Assembly: GCF_006345805.1 (NCBI RefSeq)
Contig: NC_043016.1
Location: 7,998,001-8,062,000, forward strand
Reading direction: 5' to 3'
Origin: Octopus sinensis
Lineage: Eukaryota
Length of the DNA stretch: 64,000 nt
Position 1 is the stretch's first letter. The number at the start of each line of letters is the position of its first letter. Of this stretch, positions 48,950-61,737 are shown one piece after another. The notes under the pieces were generated by a model. It was given only the letters and a program-made list of their open reading frames with translations. It made no database searches and was not told the DNA's origin. A program made the position numbers and the translations under genes.

Positions 48950-49370
48950 CACAAGCAATGCACATGCACCGTGCATCAGTCATTCTTGTTCAAGCATCCA
49001 GCACTAAATACTACAGGAATTATTGCTCAGCTCTCTCCCCCCCCTCTCTCCCTCTCTCCACCCTCTCCCCCTCTCCCTCCCGTCCCCCCTCTCTCTCTCT
49101 CATATTTCTTCTCTTTCTCTATAGATGCTCATATACACACGTGAATGTGTGTGCATGTACATATTTATATATACCTTTAGGTTTTTTGGGTGGCATTTCA
49201 CCAAACTGCTGATCTGAATTCTTCACTTCCAATCTTCAAAGATGGGATGCAACCAGCTCAAGAGTAGCAATTTGAAGAATTTGTAGCCCTTCTCCTTCGG
49301 TACAAAACGGTACTCTCTTCTCTTGTAGTTCACACTCGTGTGTTTTCAAATCATAACATAAAAATATATA

Positions 49371-49768
49371 GGCGCAGGATTGGCTGTGTGGTAAGTAGCT
49401 TGCTTACCAACCACATGGTTCCGGGTTCAGTCCCACTGTGTGGCACCTTGGGCAAGTGTCTTCTACTATAGCCTCGGGCCAACCAAAGCCTTGTGAGAGG
49501 ATTTGGTAGGCAGAAACTGAAAGAAGCCCGTCGTATATATGTATATATGTGTGTGTGTGTCTGTGTTGTCCCCGTAGCATTGCTTGACAATCGATGCTGG
49601 TGTGTTTATGTCCCCGTCACTTAGCGGTTCGGCAAAAGAGACCGATAGAATAAGTACTGGGCTTACAAAGAATAAGTCCCGGGGTCGAGTTGCTCGATTA
49701 AAGGCGGTGCTCCAGCATGGCCGCAGTCAAATGACTGAAACAAGTAAAAGAGTAAAGAGTAAAAGAGT
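49371..49768 (+). mobile_element. SINE family B, full copy
   Basis: Complete head, CORE-like block, microsatellite, second domain and GTAAAAGA tail. Confidence 0.92.
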
Positions 49769-50025
49769 ATGTGCGTGCGTGTGTGTGTGGTAACGAAAAA
49801 GAAAAAGTGAGTTATGTAATTACATTCAGTACCTTACTTGCATTTCAACTAAAGGAACATAGCATAAGGTGATGTGTGTCACTCCATACTTTCGATAGTT
49901 TTGTCGTATATATATGTTACTTAAGCTTGCGATGGCCTGTCCAACCCATACCAATGAATGTGTGTGTGTGTGTGCTTGGACCAGTGAAACTAGAAGCAAA
50001 TAAAGCTGTAAATTTGAACTAACAT

Positions 50026-50069
<44 letters not shown>

Positions 50070-50411
50070 AAAGTATCTTTTCAAATCAGCAAAGAAGCTT
50101 CTCTACGGTTCCTTGGCCTACTAGAAAGGGCAGCTAGTTATCACCTCCTAATGCGGTTTGTTCCTAACCTTTTCTGACTCATTACACATTTTTATGCAGT
50201 AGCATTTTTTTATGTTTTGAACATATCTCAAAGACCAACAGTTGTCTGTGAAACCCAGATTCAATGCTACTGCCCTACTGTCTTAAAACAAAGAATAATG
50301 GAAAGGTCACATTAGTAAATATAATTCAAGGCATACTATACCTAAAAAAAAAACAAACTAAAATCCTAAACACCAAATAGAGATGGTAACAGACTTAACA
50401 AGTGACGTAAG

Positions 50412-50620
50412 GCAGTGAGCTGGCAGAAATGTTAGCTCGTTGGACGAAATGCTTAGTGGTATTTCGTCCGCCGCTACGTTCTGAGTTCAAATTCCGCCGA
50501 GGTTGACTTTCATCCTTTCGGGGTCGATAAATTAAGTACCAGTTATGCACTGAGGTCGATATAATCAACTTAATCCGTTTGTCCTCTCTGTGTTTAGCCC
50601 CTTGTGGGTAGTAAAGAAAC
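50412..50620 (+). mobile_element. SINE family A copy
   Basis: Head TGGCAGAAATGTTAG, B box and core. Confidence 0.87.
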
Positions 50621-50670
50621 GGGTAATAGACTTAACAGGTGACTTTATTTTGATTTTCTTATGACTGCAG

Positions 50671-50752
50671 TTTATTTGCTTTTGACGGAACGGATGGCGA
50701 GTGTCTGTGGACCTTTTTTTGAGAGGCTCAGAAACTGCTGGAAGTGAAGAAG
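50671..50752 (+). CDS. Candidate exon with a PQQ/beta-propeller-like motif (LFAFDGTDGECLWTF); open only if the T7 run is T8
   Basis: Strong acceptor ttttcttatgactgcAG and donor GAAG|GTAATC. All three frames contain a stop as assembled. Confidence 0.35.
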
Positions 50753-51067
50753 GTAATCACTCAAAGGTATGGCTACAAGGTAATCACTCAAAGGTATGGC
50801 CCAGATGTGGTCTTTTGGTGGTGGAAGCCAGACTACAAGAAAAACAATAATACTGTGTGTTATTATTTACATTTTTACTTGTTTCAGTCGTTGAGGAACT
50901 ATGTAGGGGTGGGGTGGGGTGGGGGGTATTATTAGTCAAAACAAATCAGCCTCAGTACTTTTACTTTTAAACTGGGCACTTAGTCTGTTGGTGCCGTTGC
51001 CGAACAGCTAAGTTACAAGGATGTAAACAAACCAACAGCAGCTGTCAAGCAGTGATGATGGGATATC

Positions 51068-51119
<52 letters not shown>

Positions 51120-51521
51120 TCAAGTTTACAGAAAACAAAAGACAAAGACTGGTGAAGGAACAAGCAGGTGTATTAGTTTACGTACACACACACACACAAT
51201 GAGCTTCTTCACAGTTTCCATCTGACATTCAGTCATACAAAATAAGGTATTGGTTGGCTGGAGTTATAATAGTACACACCCAAGGTGCTGGGGTTGGGAC
51301 TGAACCTGAAACCATGTGGTTGCCAGGTGAGCTTCTTCACTACACACCCATGTCTGTGCCTGTATTTTTTTTTTTTATTTTCCGCTTCTTTGTTTTTTCA
51401 GTTTTGAAGGCGATACAACTGACATAGTATTTAGTATTTGTTCGGTGTAACATATACTACAAAGATAAGCTCCACTGAACTGACATACATAAAACGCACG
51501 CATGTGCACTCACATACACAA

Positions 51522-51553
<32 letters not shown>

Positions 51554-51911
51554 CACATATTATATACATATGTATATATATTATATATATATATAGACAC
51601 ATACATATAACATATGTATATATATATATACACATACATATATACATATGTATATATATATATTACACATATGTATATATATATATAATATATACACATA
51701 TGTATATTATATATAGATATATATACACATATGTATATAGATATATATATATTATACACATATATATATATATATACACATATGTATATATATTATATAT
51801 ATATATACACATATGTATATATATATATATATACACATATGTATACTATATATATAATTATAGTATATACATAATATATATATATATATGTATATACATA
51901 CATACATATGT

Positions 51912-52150
51912 ATATCATCATCATCATCACGTCGTTTAACGTCCGTTTTCCGCGCTAGCACGGGTTGGACGGTTTCGACCGGGGTCTGGAGAGCTCGGGA
52001 CTGCCCCAGGCTCCAGTCTAGTTCTGGCAGTGTTCTACGGCTGGATGCCCTTCCTAACGCCAACCACTCCGCGAGTGTAGTGGGTGTGTTTTTACGTGCC
52101 ACCTGCACAGGTGCCAGAGGGGTCTGGCATCGGCTACGTTCGGATGGTGC
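51912..52150 (-). mobile_element. SINE-like family C copy
   Basis: Reverse-complement core and (GAT)n tail. Confidence 0.85.
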
Positions 52151-52159
52151 TTTTTTTAT

Positions 52160-52496
52160 GGGGGGGGTGCAGAAATATAGGGGAGCACCAGTGGGAGGGG
52201 TGGTTCAGAGGACAGGTTCTAGGCAAGTAGAACGTAGGATATCGAGAGAGGGGTAATGCATGGTGAAATGGCGTATTGAAGAGGGGGGTTCAAAGAGTAG
52301 ACACCTATAATGGTGGTGGTGGGGGTGCAGAAAATAGGGGAGCACCAGCGGGAGGGGTGGTTCAGAGGACAGGTTTCTAGGCAAGTAGAGTACGTAGGAT
52401 ATCGAGAGAGGGGTAATGCATGGTGAAATAGCGTTATTGAAGAGGGGGGTTCAAAGAGTAGACACCTATATGGTGGTGGGGGGGTGCAGAAATATA
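52160..52496 (+). repeat. ~160-bp G/A-rich tandem repeat, 2.1 units
   Basis: GGGGTGCAGAAA recurs at ~52163, 52322 and 52481, with matching interiors. Confidence 0.85.
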
Positions 52497-52658
52497 TATA
52501 TTATATACATACATACATAGGTATATATATATACATACATACTTATGTATATATACATGTATATATATACATAATATGTGTATATATATATGTGTATATA
52601 TATACATACATATGTGTATATATATATGTATATATATATACATACATACATGTGTGTG

Positions 52659-52699
<41 letters not shown>

Positions 52700-53204
52700 A
52701 CACACATACATGTGCATGCAACACAGACAGGAAAGGGAAAAAAAGAACAAAGAAAAAAAATAATTCTTTCTCATGCTTGCTTATATTTCTTTTTAAATTT
52801 TCTCAATCAAAGCCTTATCAGTAAGAAAATTCAGTGGACCATGAAGCGTCTCTGCCTCTCTCTCTCTCTCTCTTCTCTCTCTCTCACCCTCACTCTCTCT
52901 TTTCCAGTTGTACATTGATATATGACACAGAAAAGAAGATGCCACACCTGTTTCAGCTATCTGGATCGATCTGCTTCCTTAGCTGGTGATATTTATTAAG
53001 TACAGCTGGCTGGTGCTAAACATAGATGACCCCCCCACCTGCTGGTCTTCTTTTAACCTATGCCAAATATGAATGAACAGAAATAATAGAACGCTGCTGC
53101 TGCTGCAGCTGCAGCTATCGCTGCTGCTATTGCTGCTTCCGCTGTTGTGACCATCACTACTGCAGTTGCCGCTGTTATGGCTGTTGTTACTGTAAATAGT
53201 TTGT

Positions 53205-53503
53205 GCAAAAGCACCATCCGATCGTGGCCGTTTGCCAGCCTTGCCTGGACCCCGTGCCAGTGGCACGTAAAAAGCACCATCCGAGCGTGGCCGTTCGCCA
53301 GCCTCGTCTGGCACCTGTGCCGGTGGCACGTAAAAAGCACCCACTACACTCACGGAGTGGTTGGCGTTAGGAAGGGCATCCAGCCGTAGAAACACTGCCA
53401 GATCAGACTGGAGCCTGGTGCAGCCTCCTGGCTTCCCAGACCCCAGTTGAACTGTCCAAACCATGCCAGCATGGAAAGCGGACGCTAAACAATGATGATG
53501 ATA
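53205..53503 (+). mobile_element. SINE-like family C copy
   Basis: Core, internal tandem modules and tail. Confidence 0.87.
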
Positions 53504-54241
53504 TTAGGTTGGCAACTAAGTTCCCACTCTTGCGAGCTGTGGGACGAAGACTGCTTCGCTCAACAAACAAAACAAACAAACAAGCAAACTGCAGCAACAG
53601 CTCAAGCATGAAAGACTGTAGTAATAGCACAAAAAAATGATAGTTGCACAACAGCGCAGATGATTGGAAATCCCACATGTTCCAAATATCTTTTGTTTTA
53701 CTTGTTTTTGTCATTGGTCTTCAGCCATTCTGGAGCACCATCTTGATGGGTTTAGTCAAACAAATTGGCCCCCCAGTACTCATTTTTTAAAATTTTATTT
53801 TTAAAGTTTGGTAATTATCCTGTTGGACTCTTTTGTCTAACTGCTAAGTTATGGGGATGTAAACAAACAAACATCAGTTGTCAAGCAGGAAACCACCATG
53901 ACACACACACACACACACACACAATGGGTTTCTTTCAGTTACCATCCACCAAGTCCATCCACAAGGGTTTGGCCAGTCTGGAGCTTTAGTAAAGGACACA
54001 TATATCCAAGGTGCCACACGGTGGGACTGAACCTGAAACCATGTTGTCAGGAAGCAAACTTCTTACCACACAGCAATGCCTGCGGAGAGATTCCCCCCCC
54101 CCCACCGAAATAATAATATTACAAGTCGATGGTTATTTTGAAATTATGCAAAATCAACAACCCCAGCTGGAAAATAATTGAATAGTTAATTATCCTGTGA
54201 TAATTAATTCACAGGTGGTTTTTAAAAACCAAATTGACAAA

Positions 54242-54630
54242 GGCGCGGGAGTGGCTGTGTGGTAAGTAGCTTGCTAACCAACCACATGGTTCCGGGTTCA
54301 GTCCCACTGTGTGGCATCATGCGCAAGTTTCTTCTGCTATAGCCTCGGGCCGACCAATGTCTTGTGAGTGGATTTGGTAGACGGAAACTGAAAGAAGCCT
54401 GTCGTATATATATATATGTATATGTAAGTGTGTCTGTGTTTGTCCCCCTAGCATTGCTTGACAACCGATGCTGATGTGTTTACGTCCCCGTCACTTAGCG
54501 GTTCGGCAAAAAGAGACCGATAGGATAAGTACTGGGCTTACAAAAGAATAAGTCCTGGGGTCGATTTGCTCGACTAAAAGGCGGTGCTCCAGCATGGCCG
54601 CAGTCAAATGACTGAAACAAGTAAAAGAGG
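54242..54630 (+). mobile_element. SINE family B, full copy
   Basis: Complete layout. Confidence 0.92.
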
Positions 54631-55052
54631 AAAAGAGAAAAAGAATAAAGGAATGAAAAGGCATAATGATGGAAAGAGGGATGGGCATCACAATGAGTAT
54701 AGCCACGTCTAGATTTGATTGAAAAGGGATGAGAGCCACATTGAGACATTCGAGATAGACAATAAAAAAAAAATTATATTTTTATGATGATATACTCAAA
54801 CTGAAATTCCTCCTGTTTTACTAACTTTATTTCATGATAAACACAAATCTCCCCTACTTTTAGCCGCATATAAATATAGAAATATTTTAATTACTTCTGT
54901 CTCCTTTATAATTAGGTGTCCTTTCTTGCTTTCTGCTTGCCTCCATTTTTTGAGGATTGGGGAAAGGGAGGTCTTCTGTTTTCCCCTATTACCCTTAACG
55001 GCTTGCCAGTCCATTCTCATATGGGGTGATTGTAACTGCGTTTAAATATATA

Positions 55053-55250
55053 TTTCTTTATTGCCCACAAGGGGCTAAACGTAGAGGGGACAAACAAGGA
55101 CAGACAAAGGGTTTAGGTCGATTACATCGACCCAGTGCGAAACTGGTACTTTATTTATCGACCCCGAGAGGATGAAAGGCAAAGTCGACCCCAGCGGAAT
55201 TTGAACTCAGAGCGTAACGACAGACGAAATACCGCTAAGCATTTCGTCCG
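55053..55250 (-). mobile_element. SINE family A copy
   Basis: Core and partial head. Confidence 0.85.
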
Positions 55251-55360
55251 GCACCTTCTTATGGTCCTTGTGTTATTACATTATCCTATGTATTTTGCTA
55301 CAAGCTTATGGATAGATGTGTGGCACACCAGTTCAACCTACTTACATACTCTTGTTGTCC

Positions 55361-55520
55361 ATATCGTCCCATCTGCCTGTGCCCAACATATTCTCATTGT
55401 CAATATAGTCCCATCTGCCTCTGCCCAACATATTCTCATTGTCAATATAGTCCCATCTGCCTCTGCCCAACATATTCTCATTGTCAATATAGTCCCATCT
55501 GCCTGTGCCCAACTCATATT
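55361..55520 (+). repeat. 42-bp minisatellite, ~3.8 units
   Basis: ATAGTCCCATCTGCCTSTGCCCAACATATTCTCATTGTCAAT repeats. Confidence 0.92.
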
Positions 55521-56501
55521 ATTAGGGGAGCACTCGATGTGCTATACATTTTTTAGAAGGGGTAGTAAAGTCCCATTTAGCTCTGGCAAAGTAAAAGCAT
55601 CTTACTTTTCATCTTTAAGTTCCCCGGGGTAGGAAGTACACACCATTGTGACATAAAGCCCTTTCATTTTGTTTTTTGTTTTTTTTTTTTCCTTTCTGCC
55701 TGTGTGTGTGTGACTGTATTCATATCTGAAACCAACTTTCCTTTGGTTTATGATGCTGCTAGAAATGTTATAAACTTGTGCTAATGTCTCACGAGTTTGC
55801 TTTGTTGTTTTTCTGTTAACACTCCTGTTCTTGAGGAAGTTTGCATTTTTGGGTGTCAAGTTCTGACTTCTTACATTTGCAAGTACATGTTTATTGCTTC
55901 ACTGTGGTTTCCTTTTTTTTTTTTGTTTTTTTTTTTACATTCAGCACTTTTCTTTTTTTTTTTTCGAATTTGCATTCCTGTTCCATTTCTTCTTAGTACC
56001 TCTGCCTGCTCCTCCAGTACAAGAAACTATATTACATAGTTAAGCCAAAAAAAAAAAAAAGAACCAAAAAATTTCAGAAAAAGACAAAACAAAACAGATC
56101 TTTTATTTACTTCAGATATTGGAATAGATGTCTACACACTGTGAAGTTCCTTTTTTGCAAAAAATAAAAACAACCCAAAACAAACCTCCACTCAAAACAA
56201 CAACAACAACAACAATAATAATAATAATAATAATAATAATGCTTTCTGTATTGATAATTATAATTTTTGTCCAGTAATATTTGGTAATGGCCCAATTCTG
56301 TCAGATCAGTTTGACATATCTCTTTATTATTATTATTGAGTGAGAGAGCAGTGCATGTCACCAAAGTAACACTGGGGTACAAAAATATGATGCCCAGTAT
56401 ACCCATCATGACTACCCATCTGATAAGGGTTCGCCACACTATTGACATTTTGAAATATACAAACAGTTTGTTATTATTATCTAAGATTTTAGATTTGAAA
56501 A

Positions 56502-56546
<45 letters not shown>

Positions 56547-56922
56547 TTCAAATTCTTGCCAGGGTCGATTCTACCTGTCATCCTTTCGGTGGGGCGGAGG
56601 GGTCAATAAAACATACCAGCAGAAGATTTGGTTGGCTGGTTGGTGTAATCAGCTTACCCACCACCCACCTCAAATTGCTGTCTTTAATGCCAAAATTTGA
56701 AACAGTCATTATTAAGGTGGTGTGCTGGCAGAATCATTAGCAAGCTGGACAAAATGCTTAGCATTGTTCATTTTTATGTTCTGAGCACAAATTCCACTGA
56801 AGTCAACTTTGCCTTTCATCTTCCTGGGGTTGTTAAAATAAGTACCACTTAAACACTGGGGTCAGTGTAAGCGATTTCTCCACCCCTCAGAAATGCTGGC
56901 TTTGTGCCAAAATAAAAAAAAG

Positions 56923-56957
<35 letters not shown>

Positions 56958-56975
56958 CATTATTATTATTATTAT

Positions 56976-57535
56976 TATTATTGAGTGAGAGAGCAGTGCA
57001 TGCCATCAAAGTGACACCGGGGTACAAATATATGAAGCCCAATATACCCATCATGACTAACTGTCTAATAAGGATACACCAAGTACAGGCACCATAACCA
57101 TATGTGCAGGACATGATGACCTTATATCAAGATAAACAGCACATGACCTTGCAGGTGGGGGCCCAATTAGAATTTTCTTCAGTTTGAGTAGCCCATCCTG
57201 CTCAAAAGGTATCAGAATAAGGATTGTTTAAGGATGATGAACAGAACACCCATGTTTCCTAGTGTTAATTATTCAAACCCCCCAAAACTTCCTCTCAACA
57301 CATGGCTATGATGCTCCCCCAATACTCCTGCTCGTGATTAGAGATGCACATATTGCCAGCCACTAAGGGACATGCTCAACTAGTTAAGGTCAAGCAACTG
57401 ACAAGCAAATCTGTGGTATTGAACAAATTATTTATTGCAGCCCATCTTTTATACCAAGACAAAACATGTACATGATAACACTTCCAATCAGTTCAGATCA
57501 GAAGCCATGAGTGCTACTACCTGGTATTATTATCA
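56976..57535 (-). mobile_element. Retroposon-like repeat family G with a (TAA)n tail; a second 3' fragment lies at 56330-56440
   Basis: Two copies share TTATTGAGTGAGAGAGCAGTGCATG...ATACCCATCATGACTA next to ATT arrays. Confidence 0.55.
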
Positions 57536-57712
57536 TCATCATCATTAATATTGTTATTGGCAAAAAGTCAGAAATTTTATAGGCGAGACGTACACAGTTG
57601 ATTTAATTGATCTTACTTACATTACTAGAATTTAATCTATTAACACCAGAAAGATGAAAGCCAAAGTGAAAGCCTGTGAGATTTGAACTTAGAATCTAAA
57701 GGGATATGATGC

Positions 57713-57746
<34 letters not shown>

Positions 57747-58065
57747 GTTTTAGATTAATGTCTGAGATATTAGTCAGTACAACTTATATCCTCATATTTC
57801 TATAGCTCATCTTTAGTTGTTTTATGTTTATATATATATAATATTTATATATTTATGCTTCTATATATATATATATATATAATATATATATATATATATA
57901 GATAGATAGATATATATACACACACACATATATATATATATGTTTATATATTTATGTTTATATATATACTCCAAATCACCCCCATTTGATTTATATGGAT
58001 AATACCATACAAAATTCTGGTGCCTTTAACTTAAGCACCATTCATCTGAATCTAAATTTTGCTGA

Positions 58066-58103
<38 letters not shown>

Positions 58104-58111
58104 ACACACAC

Positions 58112-58518
58112 ACATATGAAAGAAAAAAAGGTGTTCAGAATGCTGGATGGTTGTAAAAATATATATGTATTTACATATCACATATTATTTCTTCATATTT
58201 GCGCTTTCAACTACTCCTGTAGTTTCATCAGAAATGTCAGTTTGTAGAGTTTTGCCTGTATTTATATTATTGGTAAATGAAGTGGGGAGAGAGAGAGTGT
58301 GTGTATGTGTGTGTATAATGGAGAATAGAGGGATAGAGAAGGTGAAAGAGAGAGAATATGGGTGTGTGTGTGTTTTAAAATATAAATACAGGCAAAACTC
58401 ATTTCTGACGAAACTACAGGAGTAGTTGAAAGCGCTAATATGAAGAAAGAATATGTGATATGTAAATATATATTTTTACAACCATCCTGCATTCTGAACA
58501 CCTTTTTCTTTCATATGT
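58112..58518. mobile_element. Foldback element with ~150-bp inverted arms
   Basis: 58112-58269 pairs with 58378-58518 (a few mismatches and a ~10-nt indel) around a GA/GT spacer. Confidence 0.8.
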
Positions 58519-58549
58519 ATTAAATCTGTACATCACCCCTAATACTTCT

Positions 58550-58589
<40 letters not shown>

Positions 58590-58940
58590 GTGTGTGTTTA
58601 TATTTACATACTAGACTACTTGTGACACGTTGGGTTACCTGGAAAATCTGAGTTTCCCAGCAACGGAGTTTTCTTTTGAAGGTTTTTTTTTTTATTTCCT
58701 TTGCATGCTTTCAACAAATGTGACATCGAAATCATGTGTAAATGGCTCCTTTCCCCAGAAAAGGAAAGATTTGGCTGCTATTTCTTGCATTGCCCTGCTA
58801 CCATGTAACAGGTATTTTGGGTTTTTTATTGCAAATAGCTGTTATGTGGTAGCAGGGAATGCTAGAATTAGCAGCCAAATCCTTGGAGCTGAGATACGTT
58901 GAATGCACTTGAAAAAATTTTTGTAATGGTTTTCCCTTGG

Positions 58941-59091
58941 GGCGATCTTACACTTTGACTCTCAGCACTGTCATCTGGATCAGCTGGTTCTGTTCGTTAA
59001 TTTCCGTAAAAAATTTTTATTTATTCACTTTTGTTTCCAAGTGAAGAGAGGAGGAAGTGAAAGATGTATGAACATGTATATGAAATGGATA

Positions 59092-59123
<32 letters not shown>

Positions 59124-59475
59124 TGCCACTTACACATATATGAGAACACACAAGTTCACTTACTCTCTCTCTCTCTCTCTCACACACACATGCACACGTA
59201 CTAGCAAAAACCACGGATATAGTTTGATGTATATACATATACATGACAACATACCTTCACTCTCTCTCCTTTTCTCTCTCTCTCGCTCTCTTCCTCTCTC
59301 TTTCTCTTTTCTCACTCTCTCTTCCTCTCTCTCTCTACCTTTCACACACACATGTGCATACATCTTTCATTTTCCTTTTTCTTTAACTTTAAAACAAAAG
59401 TAAATAACTAAAAGTTTTTTATGGAAATTAACAAACTCCAGATGACAGTTCTGAGAGTCAAAGTGAAATATTGCA
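58941..59475. mobile_element. Older TIR element related to M2
   Basis: CACTTTGACTCTCAGCACTGTCATCTGGA pairs with TCCAGATGACAGTTCTGAGAGTCAAAGTG. The inner ATTTCCGTAAAAAA block is shared with 42715-43283. Confidence 0.65.
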
Positions 59476-60371
59476 ATTCACTAGAAAATAATCTAAAAAA
59501 AAACATTAAAATGTCTGTTTAAAGAAAGCTAAGGTATAAATGCTTACTGTACAAACAACTTACATTTTTGAAATCACATTCAGTTAAAAATATTGTGTCT
59601 GTCAATAAGTTGACATTTTTTTTTCTCTTAGAGAGTGTGAAGACTGTGTGTGTGTGTATATGTCACAGATAGTGGCCGTGTGTTTGTGTTGATTGATATA
59701 CCATGACATTTATTATATGTGTATGTATTCTGTATGTGTCGATGTCATGGAAGCAATAACAAACAAAAATTGTGTTTAATCGCTTTTGTTAATAAATAGA
59801 GGTCCAAATATCACAGATATTTGTACTGCACTGCTGAAGGTAAGTATGAAAATAAATATGCAAAAAAAGAAATGAAATAAATATCTATTTCTCAGATATT
59901 TCGGGTATACACAAACACCTCTAGAATTTTAATATTATGAAGATTTTATATATATATATATATATGTTTACATTTATACTAGCTTATAACCTGCTATTGG
60001 GTGGCTTTTAAGCTGGTTTCTGTGGAGGGCTCTTCATTGGGCCTTGAGTCCAATAATGACACTTCATGCATTAGGTACATGTTAAATTTTATTAAACTTG
60101 ACCTATATTTTTCAAGCAATGAACAATTTTCATCAAAACAATGATATAATATGTGAACTTGGAACTTACTGCAAAGCTTCATGATAAACAACATTTTTCG
60201 TTTTCCCATTCGGGGGTCAGTGCAATTTTTTTTTTTGTCTAACCTCTTTGTTTCTGTTGATTGTTTTCAACGATCACCACTACGCCACCACAACTGCCAT
60301 ACACACACGCCGTTCAGACTTCTGACGCCACCACTATCAACACCTTTGACTTCGCTGCCTTCCCTCCATCA

Positions 60372-60471
60372 NNNNNNNNNNNNNNNNNNNNNNNNNNNNN
60401 NNNNNNNNNNNNNNNNNNNNNNNNNNNNNNNNNNNNNNNNNNNNNNNNNNNNNNNNNNNNNNNNNNNNNNN
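60372..60471. other. Assembly gap (100 N) flanked by a ~925-bp duplicated contig overlap
   Basis: 59448-60371 reappears at 60472-61397, with mostly 1-nt indel differences. Confidence 0.9.
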
Positions 60472-61705
60472 GTTCTGAGAGTCAAAGTGAAATATTGCAA
60501 TTCACTAGAAAATAATCTAAAAAAAAACATTAAAATGTCTGTTAAAGAGAAGCTAAGGTATAAATGCTTACTGTACAAACAACTTACATTTTTGAAATCA
60601 CATTCATTTAAAAATATTGTGTCTGTCATAGTTGACATTTTTTTTCTCTTAGAGAGTGTGAAGACTGTGTGTGGGTGTATATTCACAGATAGTGGCCGTG
60701 TGTTGTGTTGAGTTGATATACCATGACATTTATTATATGTGTAATGTATTCTGTATGTGTCGATGTCATGGAAGCAATAACAACAAAAATTGTGTTTAAT
60801 CGCTTTTGTTAATAATAGAGGTCCAAATATCACAGATATTTGTACTGCACTGCTGAGGTAGTAATGAAAATAAATATGCAAAAAAAGAAATGAAATAAAT
60901 ATCTATTTCTCAGATATTTCGGTATACACAAACACCTCTAGAATTTTAATATTATGAAGATTTTTATATATATATATATATGTTTACATTTATACTAGCT
61001 TATAACCTGCTATTGGGTGGCTTTTAAGCTGGTTTCTGTGGAGGGCTCTTCATTGGGCCTTGAGTCCAATAATGACACTTCATGCATTAGGTACATGTTA
61101 AATTTTATTAACTTGACCTATATTTTTCAAGCAATGAACAATTTTCATCAATCAAACACAATGATAGATATGTGAACTTGGAACTACTTACTGCAAAGCT
61201 TCATGATAAACAACATTTTTCGTTTCCCTTCCCATCGGGGTCAGTGCAATTTTTTTTTCTGTCTAACCTCTTTGTTTCTGTTGATTGTTTTCAACGATCA
61301 CCACTATCGCCACCACAACTGCCATACACACACGCCGTTCAGACTTCTGACGCCACCACTATCAACACCTTTGACTTCGCTGCCTTCCCCTCCATCACCA
61401 TCACCATTGTCTTTCATGTCCCTTTCTATCGCCGTCATGCTTGACCGCCTCACTACTGCCACCGCCATCATCACCGTCGCTTCTGCCTCTATCACAACTA
61501 TAGCTCATACTATTACTATCACTCCATTACCATCTCAACTGTCAGCCTACTACCACCCTCACTGCCTTATGCCTACCATTACCCTCACCCTAGAAAGAGG
61601 AGTAGAAGAAATGTCATTGAATAGCAATAGCGGGAGTCAAAGTGTGACACACTGACACACAGAAATTCATTTTGGCATTTACTATTATATATATATATAT
61701 ATACA

Positions 61706-61737
<32 letters not shown>

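Noticed and set aside
52909-53200. Poly-Ala/Ser (GCA/GCT)n stretch and neighbouring splice-like sites as a coding exon
   Set aside because: The minus-strand candidate has stops in all frames. The plus-strand candidate depends on a weak donor, and the ORFs run in from a SINE.
53503-53530. Mariner-type TIR TATTAGGTTGGCAACTAAGTT as an intact element
   Set aside because: No partner TIR or transposase sequence was found nearby. It is a terminal fragment only.
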